Assembly: GCF_006345805.1 (NCBI RefSeq) | Contig: NW_021835030.1 | Coordinates: forward strand, 1 to 43,706 | DNA length: 43,706 nt | Source of the DNA: Octopus sinensis | Lineage: Eukaryota | Direction: 5' to 3' | Part shown: positions 26,877 through 38,851 of the stretch, piece after piece | How positions within the stretch are numbered: position 1 is the stretch's first letter | How the letters are laid out: the number at the start of each line of letters is the position of its first letter | Notes under the pieces: model-generated | What the model was told of the DNA's origin: nothing | Seen by the model: the letters and a program-made list of their open reading frames with translations, nothing else | Databases searched by the model: none | Made by a program: the position numbers and the translations under genes

Positions 26877-26954
26877 TGTTATTCTAGAAGTACATATCAA
26901 TAGAAGCATGTAGAGTCGCACATGCTTCTATTGATATGTACTTCTAGAATAACA

Positions 26955-27036
26955 GGTTGCTTACTGAAGAATCTGACCTGAGCAGATAAATTATATTTAA
27001 TGCTGAAAAAGACGAAACTGCAGTATAAGATGAACC
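26955..27036 (+). ncRNA. Type-I hammerhead motif with extended stem II, right-arm copy
   Basis: GGUU-G-CUUA-CUGAAGA-[A UCU..AGCA..UAAAU/AUUUA..UGCU..AGA C]-GAAA-C(UGCA)GUA|UAAG-AUG-AACC. Palindromic ACUGCAGU stem III, bipartite stem I, A10.1-C11.1 mismatch. Confidence 0.65.
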
Positions 27037-27130
27037 GAGTTTGTAAACGTTTTTAATTTTCATTTCACTGAATTTATCCAACTTTTGTGTATCTAGTACT
27101 CACTTCTTCTTTTAGAAGCCTTTTAATGTA

Positions 27131-27172
<42 letters not shown>

Positions 27173-28059
27173 CACACATACAATTACATACTTCTATATC
27201 TACATATATATATATATATATACATATACGGTCACATACACATACTTGTAGAAGTTCTCTTCATGCTTCTATATTTCTCTCGTTCTCTTCTCCTTTCATT
27301 CTCTCATAACACTCTTTATGTCACGGATTCACTTAGTAAAACAAACCTCATCCTTTCACATGACTTTGGCATTTACAGTTCCCTCACTCACGCATACAAA
27401 CAACTCGCATTGAATTCCACACATATAGATATGGCTGAATTTTTCTGTTTGCTAATGTTAAAAGTATTCTTTGAAAAAATTAAAGTGTGCAAATTGTATC
27501 GAAGTTTATAAAATTTTAGCTTTATTCACAAGGTTGGAATTGGGAAGCTGCATAACTAAGCTATTTTGTTGTACGATTAGATACTAAAATTTGATTGGTT
27601 GTTGCAAAACCTAAAAAATGTTTGTCACGAATTTATTATTTGCTGATCATGTGCTATTTTTATATATCGAGGCAAAAAAACAAGCGATATTTTCGTGTTA
27701 TCGCAGTTTATGTATGCAAAATACAGGAAAGTAAAGATAGTGATCACATTTTATGCATTTTAGCTTCAGAAATAATTTAATTTTTTTCTTTGTTGACTAT
27801 TATTCACGTTGTAGCAAATTCATATCGTGAGAAATAAATTATTCTAATTAATTGCTATTTTGAAATTCCTTAATAATAATATATGCGTATGCAAGAATTC
27901 ACCGTTACTAATCTTTTATTCAAAATAGCAGACGTTTTTATTAGGATATGATTCTCCTCCGAGTGACAAAGCTCACATCTTAAAAAAGCATTAGTGTAAG
28001 GACACACATGCTCTATAATTAATTTATTTATTTTTAATTTTTTAATATCCTCCAGGCCA

Positions 28060-28255
28060 GCAAACTTGCAAAATCGTTAGCACGCCAGCCAGAATTCTTT
28101 AGCTGCATTTCGGTCCGTCTTTACTTAAGGAGGTCAAATTTGCCTGTCATCCATTCGGGATCGATAAAATAAGTAGCAGGTTAACAATCGGGTCGATATC
28201 ACCGATTAACCCTTCCGAAATCGCGGGCTTTGTATCAACATTTGAAACCAATATT
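28060..28255 (+). mobile_element. Diverged SINE family 1 copy
   Basis: CGTTAGCACGCC head; GGTCAAATTTGCCTGTCATCC..GATCGATAAAATAAGTA body. Confidence 0.7.
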
Positions 28256-28515
28256 AACATTTATCCAATCTATGTATGTGTGTGTAGTGTAATGTTCCGT
28301 GATATTAAGATCCGCAAAAAAGGGATCCATCTTGTGAGAGATAAATATTACTTAAAAAACACTAGGTACTTTTTTATGTGCAACTATTAATTTCATGTCC
28401 TGAGAGCATGATTATTTATGTTATATTATATTATATTATCTTCGTAATATATTATGTTATATTATGATATAAATGAATTATTGGAGTGTCATTTCTATCT
28501 CTCTATTAAATTTAT

Positions 28516-28551
<36 letters not shown>

Positions 28552-28622
28552 GTAAAGATAAATTCCTCTATGTACATAATATCGAGGTCTCTTTCATTAT
28601 TTTGTTGTCTTACCATTTTCAT

Positions 28623-28693
<71 letters not shown>

Positions 28694-28733
28694 ATAATAT
28701 ATATGCATATATACATACGTATATGTACATACT

Positions 28734-29059
28734 GGCGCATGGCTCAGTGGTTAGAGCGTCGAGCTTACGATCGTGAGGTTGTGAGCTCGAATCCCGGACC
28801 GGGCTGCGTGTTGTGTTCTTGAGCAAGGCACTTTATTTCACGTTGCTCCAGTTCACTCAGCTGTAGAAATGAGTTGCGACGTCACTGGTGCCAAGCTGTA
28901 TCGACCTTTGTCTTTCCCTTGGATAACACTGGTGGCGTGGAAAAGGGTGGCCGGTATGCTGGTCTTCCATAAACAACCTTGCCCGGACTTGTGTCTAGGA
29001 GGGTAACTTTCTACGTGCAATCCCATGGTCATTCATGACCGAAGGGGGTCTTTACCCTT
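28734..29059 (+). mobile_element. Full-length tRNA-derived SINE family 3 with TSD
   Basis: A box TGGCTCAGTGG, B-box-like GCTCGAATCC, central TTCTTGAGCAAGGCACTT; flanked by (T)ATGTACATACT at 28723-28733 and 29061-29071. Confidence 0.9.
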
Positions 29060-29109
29060 TATGTACATACTGACATCTATACGTATATATATATATATAT
29101 ATATATATG

Positions 29110-29330
29110 CATATATGGGCACAGGACGTCACGAAACGTGTGCAACAAAAAAATATCAAGCACGAGTTCATGCAATATGAACTATTTTTGAACAACGAAG
29201 GACACAAATGGAAAACCACAGAAAGCACGACACTTCATCAGTTGTTGTCTGTTTTCCTAGTCTCGTATTTCGAGCATTTAACGGTGTAAACATACATAGA
29301 CACCCATAAACATATGTATGTGGTGCAGAG
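29110..29330 (-). mobile_element. Short dispersed repeat, same family as 1510-1662
   Basis: Shared blocks as listed for 1510-1662; abuts (TA)n. Confidence 0.65.
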
Positions 29331-29375
29331 GAGACGTCGTTCTTTGAATGCATACGTATATTACTCTCTCTTCAC

Positions 29376-29593
29376 TCTTTTACTTGTTTTAGTCATTTGA
29401 AAGTGGCCATGCTGGAGCACCGCATTTAGTCGAGCAAATGGACCCCAGGGCTTATTTTTTTGTAAGCCTAGTGCTTATTCTATCGGTCTCTTTTGCCGAA
29501 CCGCTAAGTTACGGGGACGTAAACACACCAGCATCGGTTGTCAAGCGATGTTTGTGGGGGACAAACACAGACACACAAACATACACACACACA

Positions 29594-29689
<96 letters not shown>

Positions 29690-29860
29690 CATATATACGA
29701 CGGACTTCTTTCAGTTTCCGTCAACGAAATCGACTCACAAGGGTTTGGTCGGCCCGAGGCTATAGTAGAAGACGCTTGCGTGAGGTGCCATGCAGTGGGA
29801 CTGAACCCGGAACCATGTTGTTCGTAAGCAAGCAACTTACCACACAGCCACTACTACGCC
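29376..29860 (-). mobile_element. Full-length SINE family 2 with internal microsatellite
   Basis: Minus strand: GGCTGTGTGGTAAG head, GGGTTCAGTCCC B box, internal (TA)n(TG)n, tail GGTGCTCCAGCATGGCC..ACAAGTAAAAGA. Confidence 0.9.
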
Positions 29861-30091
29861 AACGTATGATAAGCTATTTTATAAGGATTTTCTGTAAGCC
29901 TTGTACATCATAATATTTTCCTTGCATTTGCATATTAGACCTGAAGTTGATAATTTCATGCCTTAGAAAGACACATGCCAATCAGAGACCCGATTATTAG
30001 GATTGATGCAATTATATAAAGGAGGAGATTTTGTGAGTTCGTGAATGATATTTTTTCTGCTATTGATACTAGTTACAATGAAGTTTCTCAC

Positions 30092-30124
30092 CTGAAGGCT
30101 ATTTGTATTAACATCTCATAATGT
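30092..30124 (-). CDS. Candidate 33-nt symmetric exon (HYEMLIQIAF)
   Basis: gttttcttctaaactatag| acceptor and CAG|gtgaga donor; open only as read in phase 2->2 among the frames checked (phase 0 has a stop). Confidence 0.25.
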
Positions 30125-31352
30125 CTATAGTTTAGAAGAAAACTATGGCTACATTTAAGAATAAGGATAATTACCTTATATAATATTTCGCTTTCTATAT
30201 TTCCATTTATGCATTTATGTGTATTTGTTATCTTCAGTATATATAATCTTTTCAGCCAGAGACATTTAATACAAGATAATGAATAGCACGGTTAAGGGCT
30301 TTCTCTATCTGGATAACCACTTATTTAAAGTATTACCTAAATTTCTATAGAATATAGAGCATGGTAGTAATTTATATTATAATACTTCAATTTCTCGCAG
30401 AGTTTACTATAAGAGAAGTATTTAGTCTTGCCTAAATCTAATTTTATATTGAATAAATTCGCTTCACTCAGATACTTATTTAGTATGATCTTCAAATAAA
30501 ATTCTAAATATTTTAAAGATCTTACTTCTAGCCGCATCATTTGTGTGGCTATTCATATTTCATAGAATGAATAGTCCATAATCAAGGTAGATAGAAAACT
30601 CTGCAGTACAGTATCTTTCCCGAAGTATGTCTATGATTTGCCATCTTATCAATTCTCGAAAGTTAACCCTGTTGTACTAGCCGATGGTTGCATTAACCAA
30701 TTCTGATCATATTTAATCTAAGAAGATTCAAAATAGAGCAAAGATTTCTATTCTCCCAAACTATGTTTAATAACACTGATATCTAAATCATAGATTCTAA
30801 TAAAACCTCTACCGAAATCTTACTAATCCAGCGAACAGTGTAAGAGTTTGTCTCAATATTTCAAAGATTTTGCTAAACCTGACAATGAAGCAATTCTCTG
30901 TAGAGGGAGCGTATCGAGAAATCACATAAGAAATGGATTATAGATAAGTGGAGCTAGAGTTTCACAAAACTCTTCGTTGATTTTATAGCCAATAGAAACA
31001 GAAGGATTTGCCAGGACAATCTCGGAGACTTTTGTTCTGTTTCGTTGTAATTACTCTAATATTTAACCTTTCAGATATATGTTCGTTTATATATGAATTT
31101 GTGTGTCTGTGTTTGTCCTCCTACCATCGCATGACAACCGATGTTAGTGTGTTTACGTCCCCGTAAATTAGAGGTGATTTCGCTCTACTCAAAACTCTGA
31201 GACTCCCTACGGTACCAAGCCTTCTCCCACCCCATAGGGTGCAGCTTAAAGTCTTACCCTGAACCAAACAACTGCTTCGTCACTATTTAAGAACAGCAGA
31301 TTATGATTTGAAGTAATTTAGCTGCTATTTCTAGGCAGTCGTGTTTTCTCAC

Positions 31353-31432
31353 TTTGACGCATTTGCTGACGAGGGTGATAATGTGATGGCGGCATTGTTT
31401 GTGCAAGTGACAGGTTCGTTGGAAGTGCTCAT
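31353..31432 (-). CDS. Candidate first coding exon (MSTSNEPVTCTNNAAITLSPSSANAS); exon 31475-31353
   Basis: cacattttgcctactcag| acceptor at 31476/31475 and AAA|gtgaga donor at 31353/31352; 123-nt exon open in phase 2->2 with ATG at 31432. Confidence 0.4.
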
Positions 31433-31529
31433 ATTCTTAGTGATGGTGAGTCTTTTTAACCTAACCAAACTGCATCTGAGTAGGCAAAATGTGATATAGG
31501 ACACCCCCACCATCCATGACGATCAAATC

Positions 31530-31920
31530 GTTTTCCAGTTTTTCAAGAATTTTGCTTTGCAGTGCCACGTTGTTTCGAGCTGAGTCCTACGGCGTGGCAC
31601 TTTGGGTAAGTACTTCCTACTATAACTCTGGGGTAACCAGTACATTGTGAGTGAATTTGGTAGACAGAAACTGTGTTGAAGCTCATAGTACATAAATATA
31701 TAGATATGCATGTCGGTGGGTGTGTCTTTGGGTCTGTATTTACCACTCGTAGCCACACATGGCAAACGCTGTTGGTTTATTTACGTCTTCGTAACTTAGC
31801 GGTTAAAAAATATATTAACAGGATAAATATCAGACTTTAAAATAAGTTCTGAGTCGATTTCTTCGAATAGAAACCTGTCAAAGCGTTGCTCCAGCATGGT
31901 CGTAACCTCAAGTAAAAGAC
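31530..31920 (+). mobile_element. Diverged SINE family 2 copy
   Basis: GCGTGGCACTTTGGGTAAG, TTTACGTCTTCGTAACTTAGCGGTT and GCTCCAGCATGGTCG..AAGTAAAAGA blocks. Confidence 0.8.
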
Positions 31921-32214
31921 CAAAGATATAGTTAATATATTCTTCGTTATTGATATATTCTTTGTTATTATTATGTGTCTTCCAAGGAAGCTGAGTCTGG
32001 TTTTTAAGGTCATGTCTTTCTTTTTCTAGTAAATGAAAGAACCACAGAGAGGATGTTTATTTGATTGATTTTGTTGTCATTATTTCTTAGCTGCAGGTTA
32101 ATGCTGACTGAGCAGAACTATGATCAAAGACATTAAACAGATGATAATCACTTGTTCTTTTCCCTTATGTGCATGGAACCTAGGAACGCCTCAAGCAATG
32201 TTTCATTATTTTAA

Positions 32215-33038
32215 GGCGGCGAGTTGGCAGAAACGTTAGAACGCCAGGCGAAATGCTTAGCCGTATTTCGTCCGCCGGTGCGTTCTGAGTTCAAATTCCG
32301 CCGAGGTCGACTTTGCTTTTCATCCTTTCGGTGGTCGATAAATTAAGTACCAGTTACTCACTGGGATCGATGTAATCGACTTAATCCGTTTGCCTGTCCT
32401 TGTTTGTCCTCTCTGTGTTTAGCCCCTTGTGGGTAGTAAAGAAATAGGTATTTCGTCTGCCGCTACGATCTGAGTTCAAATTCAGCCGACGTCGATTTTG
32501 CCTTTCATCCTTTCGGGGTCGATAAATTAAGTACTTATTACAACCTGGGGTCGATATAATCAACTGGATCCCTGATCCCAAATTTCGGGCCTTGTGCCTA
32601 GAGTAGAAAAGAATAATTTAAATAATTTATATAAAGGCGGCGAGCTGACAGAAACGTTAGCACGCCGGGCGATATGCGTAGCCGTATTTCGTCTGCCGTT
32701 ACGTTCTGAGTTCAAATTCCACCGAGATCGACTTTGCCTTTCATCCTTTTGGGGTCGATTAAATGAGTAGTGGGGTCGATATAATCGACTTAACCAGGTT
32801 GTCTGTCCTTGTTCGTCCCTTCTGTGTTTAGCGCCTTGTGGGTAGTAAAGAAATAGGTATTTCATTTGTCCTTACGTTCTGAATTCAAATTCCGCCGAGG
32901 TCAACTTTGCCTTTAGTCCTTTCGGTGCCGATAAATTAAGTACCAGTTTCATACTGGGGCCAATATAATCGACTGAATCCGTTTGTCTGTCCTTGTTTGT
33001 CTCCTCTGTGTATAGCCCTTGTGGGTAGTAAAGAAATA
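32215..33038 (+). mobile_element. Two dimeric SINE family 1 elements in tandem (four body units)
   Basis: GGCGGCGAG heads at 32215 and 32636; four GTTCAAATTC..GTCGACTTTGCC bodies. Confidence 0.92.
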
Positions 33039-33119
33039 AGAATGGTGGTTTTAGTAAAAATAATTATAGTGCTGTCAACATTGTTGATAGTACTGTAGCT
33101 GTGATTATTAGTTCCTAAC

Positions 33120-33346
33120 GTTGGCACACGGCAAGCAATTTCTGGGGAGAGGTCAATTCGATTACCTTGATCCTAGTGCTCAACTGCTACTTAATATTTC
33201 GACCCCGAAAGTATGAAAGCAAAGTGGATCTCGGCGGAATTTGAACACAGGGCGTGAAGACAGACGGAATGCCGCTAAGCGTTTTTGGTCGGTGAGCTAA
33301 CGACTCCGCCAGCTCGCCGCCTCAATAACAACAACAACAACAAATC

Positions 33347-33395
<49 letters not shown>

Positions 33396-33919
33396 CAATA
33401 ATAACAATAATGATAATAACGTCCAGCTGGGGGAACACATACGCCACAGAAACCGGGAAACCGGGCCCATGAACCTGGCTAGGCTTGAAAAGGCGATGTT
33501 TATCGTTTTAAGAATGGCTTCAGATTTTGGTAAAAGCCAGAAATTTTAGGAAATGGAGTAAGTCGATTACGTCGACCTCACTGCTGAACTGATGCTTAAG
33601 TTATTGAACCCATAACGATGAAAGTCAAAGTCGACCTCGGCTTAATTTGAACTCAGAACGAAAAGACGGCCGAAATGTCGCTGTTTTGGTATGTTAACGA
33701 TACTGATTTCTTTACTGCCCACAAGGGGCTAGACACAGAGGGGACAAACAAGGACAGACAAATGGATTAACCAGTGCGTAACTGATACTTATTTAATCGA
33801 CCCCGAAAGGATGGAGGGCAATGTCGACCTCGGTGGAATTTGAACTCAGAACGTAACGGCAGACGAAATACCGCTAAGCATTTCGTCCAGCATGCTAACG
33901 ATACTGCCAACTCACCGCC
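33120..33919 (-). mobile_element. Three SINE family 1 copies, minus orientation
   Basis: AAAGTCGACCTCGGC(G/T)GAATTTGAACTCAGAACG-type cores at ~33220, ~33625 and ~33820. Confidence 0.88.
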
Positions 33920-35064
33920 TCAATGTAGTTGCAATGATAGCAGCGTTGCAGTAGTGTTGGTCGTAATGATTATAGTGTTGGTTGTAGTGTCGGTGGTGAT
34001 GGCTTCGTAGTGGTAGTGAACCTTGTGGTGTAGGGTGTAGTAGTTGTGAGAATAACAGTTTTGGTGGTGTTATTAACTTGTTAATTGAAAATTAATTGAA
34101 ATGTGAGAAAATGAAGAAAGCGTATGGTAGGGTGAGAGGTTTAGCGTTAAAGGGGAAAAAGAAGGAGAGGTGAGAGGAAGGGGGTAAAAAGTTTGGGAGG
34201 AAGGATAGGGAGGTAGGGAGTGGTTTTAATAGTAAAGAGAGAGGCGGGTTGAGAGTAAGAGGAAATGTGTGGTGGGAGTAAATGTTAATATTGAGAACCT
34301 GCGGTTGAGGGGGAAGGAAAGACGGCTGGAAAGAGCGAGAGAGAGACAGACAGACAGACAGAGAGAGAAAGAGAGAGGCAGGTACTCAAATAGAGGGTCA
34401 GTTCGATAGACAGGCAGAGCGAAAGATATTTAGTTAGACCGATAGACATATCAATTAGTCAGTGTGAAAGAAATAGAAAGGTGGTGCGGCGAAATGGGTG
34501 AAAGGCAGAGTTAGAGTGAGAAAAGGGGTGTAGATGTCCAATGTGAGATGGGTGAGAAAAGGAGAGTGGGGGAATGTAAGAGGAAGTAATGGAAGAGTGA
34601 AAGGAAGAGGTAGAGAAATGAGAGAGAGAAGGGGGAAAGGTGAGGAGAGACAGCAAGTGGTGGTTATTGGGAAAATGGGATTCGAGGAAAACGTAAATGG
34701 AAGAGGGTGAGATGAGTGAGTGAGGGGTGAAAGTTGAGAGGAGGGAAATGAAATAGGAAGGATTTCGGTCTAAGAGAAAGAGAGAGAGAGAGAGAGGGTA
34801 TAAGAAATAGACGATGAGGGCGTGAAAGAGGGGGAGAGAGGAGGAGGAGGAGGAAGTGGAGAGAAAAGATTATAAAGATAGGCGAGGAGAAATGAGGGAG
34901 TGTCAGGTGATGTTAGGTATTGGAAAAACTTGGCATTAGAGGATTAAGTGAAAATAAAGTCAAACTGAGACAAAGAAAGGAAGGAGGAGAGGTGTGCGGG
35001 AGTGATAGTGAGAGGAGATCGTAACAAAGAGAGGGGAGCAAAATATGAGTCAGAAATTGATATT

Positions 35065-35460
35065 CTTTTCCGCTCTAGGTACAAGGCCCGAAATGTTTGG
35101 GGAGGGGTCCAGTCGATTGGATAGTCTCCTGTACGCAACTGGTACTTAATTTATCGACCCCGAAAGGATGAAATGCAAAGTCGACCTCGGCGAAATTTGA
35201 ACTCAGAACGTATAAACAGGCCAAATACCTATTTCTTTACTACCCACCAAGGGGCCAAACATAGAGGGGACAAACAAGGACAGACATAGGCATTAAGTCG
35301 GTTACATCGACCCCAGTGCGTAACTGGTACTTAATTTATCGACCCCGAAAGGATGAAAGGCAAAGTCGACCTCGGCGGAATTTGAACTCACAACGTAACG
35401 CAGACGAAATACCGCTAAGCATTTCGCTAGACGCGCTAACGTTTCTGCCAGCACGCCGCC
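35065..35460 (-). mobile_element. Dimeric SINE family 1 (head-body-tailA-body-tailB)
   Basis: Reverse complement reads AAAGGCGGCG head, two bodies and both tail types. Confidence 0.92.
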
Positions 35461-35710
35461 TTTGAGTCACAAATTGGTATGGAGACAGAATAAAGTAGAG
35501 GCGGAGAAAATATAAACGGAGATGAAGATATATATATATATAGAGAGAGAGATAGAGGGGGGAAGAGACAGAAAAAGGGAAAATAAGAGAAAAATAAAGA
35601 AAAAAAGAATATATGTTGCAAATGAAATGAAAGGAAAAGTCTAAGAGGAGAATGAGACAGAGAAGGAAAGAGATAGCGATGTGTGTATGCATATGCTTGC
35701 GCGCGCGCGC

Positions 35711-35755
<45 letters not shown>

Positions 35756-35804
35756 TGTCTTTGTGTATGGCTGATAAAGATAATATTTAGCTGATAGTAA
35801 GGAG

Positions 35805-35965
35805 ATGAGCTGGTCTTAACTGAGTTCAATTTCCGCCGAGGGTGACTTTACTTTTCATTAGTTCGGGGTCAATGAAATATATATCATTTGAGTTCTGGGC
35901 TCAGTGTAATCAACTTGCCCATCTCCACGTAAATTGCTGGCCTCATGCCTAAATTTGAGACCAAT
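35805..35965 (+). mobile_element. Diverged SINE family 1 body with tail B
   Basis: GAGTTCAATTTCCGCCGAGG..CTTTCAT..GGGGTCAAT; GCTGGCCTCATGCCTAAATTTGA tail. Confidence 0.75.
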
Positions 35966-36207
35966 ATTTAGCTGTTTCAGAAAGCGGTAGGGTTAGTGCG
36001 TGCGTATGTGTGTGCAAGAGTGAATTTATTGTAAGGGACATAAAACTAGGGACACGCTGATAGATAATCAGGGACACAATCATAAGAAAGGAGAGAGCAT
36101 ATACTCCGTATAGTATGAAACTTGCAGGCAGACAGATCGATCGATTGATAGATACATATAGAGATAGATGGATAGGCAGGTAGATAGATGGATAGATACA
36201 TAGATAA

Positions 36208-36291
<84 letters not shown>

Positions 36292-36528
36292 GTAGGTAGA
36301 TAGATACGTAGACAGACAGAGTGAATGTGACAGTTAGTCACATGTCGAATTGGATGCATTACAACACATGAAATGGAGAAAGGCAATATATACAAAGATG
36401 AAGCGCTATCCGTAGATATACACACATGAATACAATCATATGCACATACACACACAGACACAGCCACACACGTATATATATGAGAGAGAGAGAGGGAGGA
36501 GGAAGATCGAGGGGCGTGTTTGCATATA

Positions 36529-36618
<90 letters not shown>

Positions 36619-36690
36619 TGTGTATTGGTGTTCTTGCGATCAATCAGAGGGAGTATTGTAAAGTACATGTAAGAGCTGGGATTGACTCAC

Positions 36691-36890
36691 CTGTTATTAT
36701 TTTCAAAGGGAGAAACTGCAGGGAACTGGAAGGGAGGTGGGTGAGGGAAGTCGTGGGGTAATTGCGAGTGGAACGGAGGTGGGGAGAGAGAGACAGAGAG
36801 AAAGTAACGATGAAAGGTTTGGGAAGCTGAAGTGAAAGAGAGAGAGAGGAAAATTAAAATGGCCGCCGGCTTCCGGTCAGCTCTGTGACT
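36691..36890 (-). promoter_or_regulatory. Candidate TSS and non-coding first exon of a minus-strand gene
   Basis: Minus strand: Inr-like TCAGTC (A at 36890), ETS CCGGAAG (36876-36870), YY1 GGCGGCCATTTT (36867-36856), pyrimidine-rich leader, perfect donor CAG|GTGAGT at 36691/36690. Confidence 0.5.
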
Positions 36891-37809
36891 GAAGAGCTCT
36901 CCTTTCGGTTGAGATAGAAAATGATGAGTAATTAAGAGATGAAAAGGAAAAAAAAATTCGGGTCGTAGGTATGGTAGGGAATAGGGGTTGTTCAAAACAT
37001 AAATAAAAGGAATGCAAAACTATAAAGCGATGGCGTGGGTGGGTGGGTGTTGGCAGAAAGATGGAGATGGTGATAAAGCTGGAAATAAAACTAGAATGTA
37101 AAGGAAAAAGAAAGAGAGACAGACAGACAGACAGACAGACAGGCAGAGAGAGAGAGGATAAGGAGAGAAAGAGAGATATAAAGAGTGAGGGTGATTAGAA
37201 AGAGAGAGAAACCAAGCAAGAAAGAAGGAAAGTAATAGAGAAAGAAAGACAGAAAGGAATGAGTTACTTAGAGATTTCTGAAGAAATAAATGAAAGAATG
37301 GCAGAACGCAAGCGAATAAATAAATAAATGAATAGTCACAAAAATGAATAAATGTGCAGAAAATGGGAAAGGGTAGAGGTCAAATATGTGTTCACAATTT
37401 ATAGAGTTCAGTTTGAGTTTGGAGGAACACGGTCTCTCTATATATATTTAGAAAAAAATTATCTTTATTTATGCAGGGAGTATGGAGCGAGGGTAGGAAA
37501 CTAGTTTCAGCGTTGTGATGTTCATAACAAATTATAGAAGATATATTTAATCCGTAACCCCGTTTAACTCCATTGCCTTATATTAGAACGCTATTAGCTG
37601 GGTCAACGATGAGCAAGCATTTCGAAATCTGATGAATGAATATCAATCATCAATGTGTAGGAGTTAAGCTGTTTGTGTAGCAATACCGTGGTTTTCAGTT
37701 CGATCCTAACATGCGGCAACTGCGCATGCGCTTTCTAGTGTAGCTCTCTGTTCTAGCAAAGCCTCGTGAACGAAATTTAGTCGACGGAAGCCAATCGGAG
37801 GAACCGAAA

Positions 37810-38115
37810 AACTTCTTGGATGGTGAACTTAATCCATCACCCTGATTAACACCACCACCTGGGGGTTAAAGGGAGTGCGTTTAGTAGAGTCTACCCTACA
37901 AGTAATCAGTGTAAGTCTCCAATCTATAGATAAGTTCCTAGCGAAACCTCATGAACAAAATTTCGTGGAGAAATACTGTGAGGAAGTCCATTGGTGGAAC
38001 GAACTTCTTGTGTGGTGTACTTAATCCACCACCTTGTTTAACAACACCACCTGGGTGTTAAATAGAGTGTATTTTGTAGAAACTACCCACCAAGTAATCC
38101 GGGTGTACCTCCTGT
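37810..38115. repeat. Diverged ~192-bp tandem duplication in unique sequence
   Basis: AACTTCTTG..TGGTG.ACTTAATCCA.CACC.TG.TTAAC..CACCACCTGGG.GTTAAA at 37810 and 38002. Confidence 0.8.
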
Positions 38116-38711
38116 TTTTATATAGGAATTATATCCAACCCATCAGGGGAGATTTGAAAGAAAAGCTCTGCGCACCACTATTTTGCTTTGGAACTAGTCA
38201 TTCAAAGGAACAAAGTGGTGTGTCATTCCTCCTTTTGCACAAGTTTTATTACAGGAATGTGCAGTTTTGCTGTTATAAGGGAATCAATTGTATAAATCGA
38301 ACCAAGTACTACATTGTTATAAATATCGTCAAGATCCACGGAGGAATAAAATACAGAAATTATGTACCAACGGGATCTGCATTGATAGCAGTAAGAGCGG
38401 CCACTAAACTACCACAAGCTGAAATATCGCAAGTTCCAGGGGTTCTTGCATCTAAATCCGTTTTAAGGCACACAAGCACATTGAGTAGCTGACTGCTTAG
38501 AGATCACCACATGTGTAGAGCTTGTTATTGATTTCAAATTTTGGCATTAGGCCAACAATTTCGGTTAAGTGGTGCAGTCGATCGCATCGACATCTAGTGT
38601 TCAACTAGTACTTATTTTATCGACCCCGAAATGCTGCAAATAATTTCGTCCTGCACGGCAACGATTCTGCCAGCTCATCGCATTTGTAGGGTTAATATTA
38701 ATATCAATCTA

Positions 38712-38748
<37 letters not shown>

Positions 38749-38765
38749 GTCTCTCTGTCTCTCTG

Positions 38766-38851
<86 letters not shown>

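Larger units (their letters stand above)
26692..27139. repeat. Near-perfect palindrome: 220-bp arms, 8-nt loop, one mismatch
   Basis: 26692-26911 is the reverse complement of 26920-27139 except 26828/27003; loop AGAGTCGC. Confidence 0.97.

Noticed and set aside
28734-28805. Possible tRNA gene
   Set aside because: tRNA-like A/B boxes continue into a SINE body with a TSD; it is a SINE head.
29438-29827. ORF with an apparent signal peptide and KR site (neuropeptide-like)
   Set aside because: It is the antisense translation of SINE family 2; the same DNA recurs at 41040-41220.
30280-30990. Possible PLE RT thumb (..ISGYPD) and HHR relic GAAACTCTAG on the minus strand
   Set aside because: Too degenerate to support a feature call; noted only as context.
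31335-31445. Plus-strand phase-0 exon AVVFSHFD..LIFLVM with GTGAGT donor
   Set aside because: Its acceptor is the end of a dispersed repeat (GCTGCTATTTCTAG), and it is the antisense of the better-connected minus-strand candidate exon; not fully excluded.
32215-33038. Regularly spaced repeats resembling a CRISPR array
   Set aside because: Units are ~170-230-bp SINE modules without unique spacers; eukaryotic context, no cas genes.
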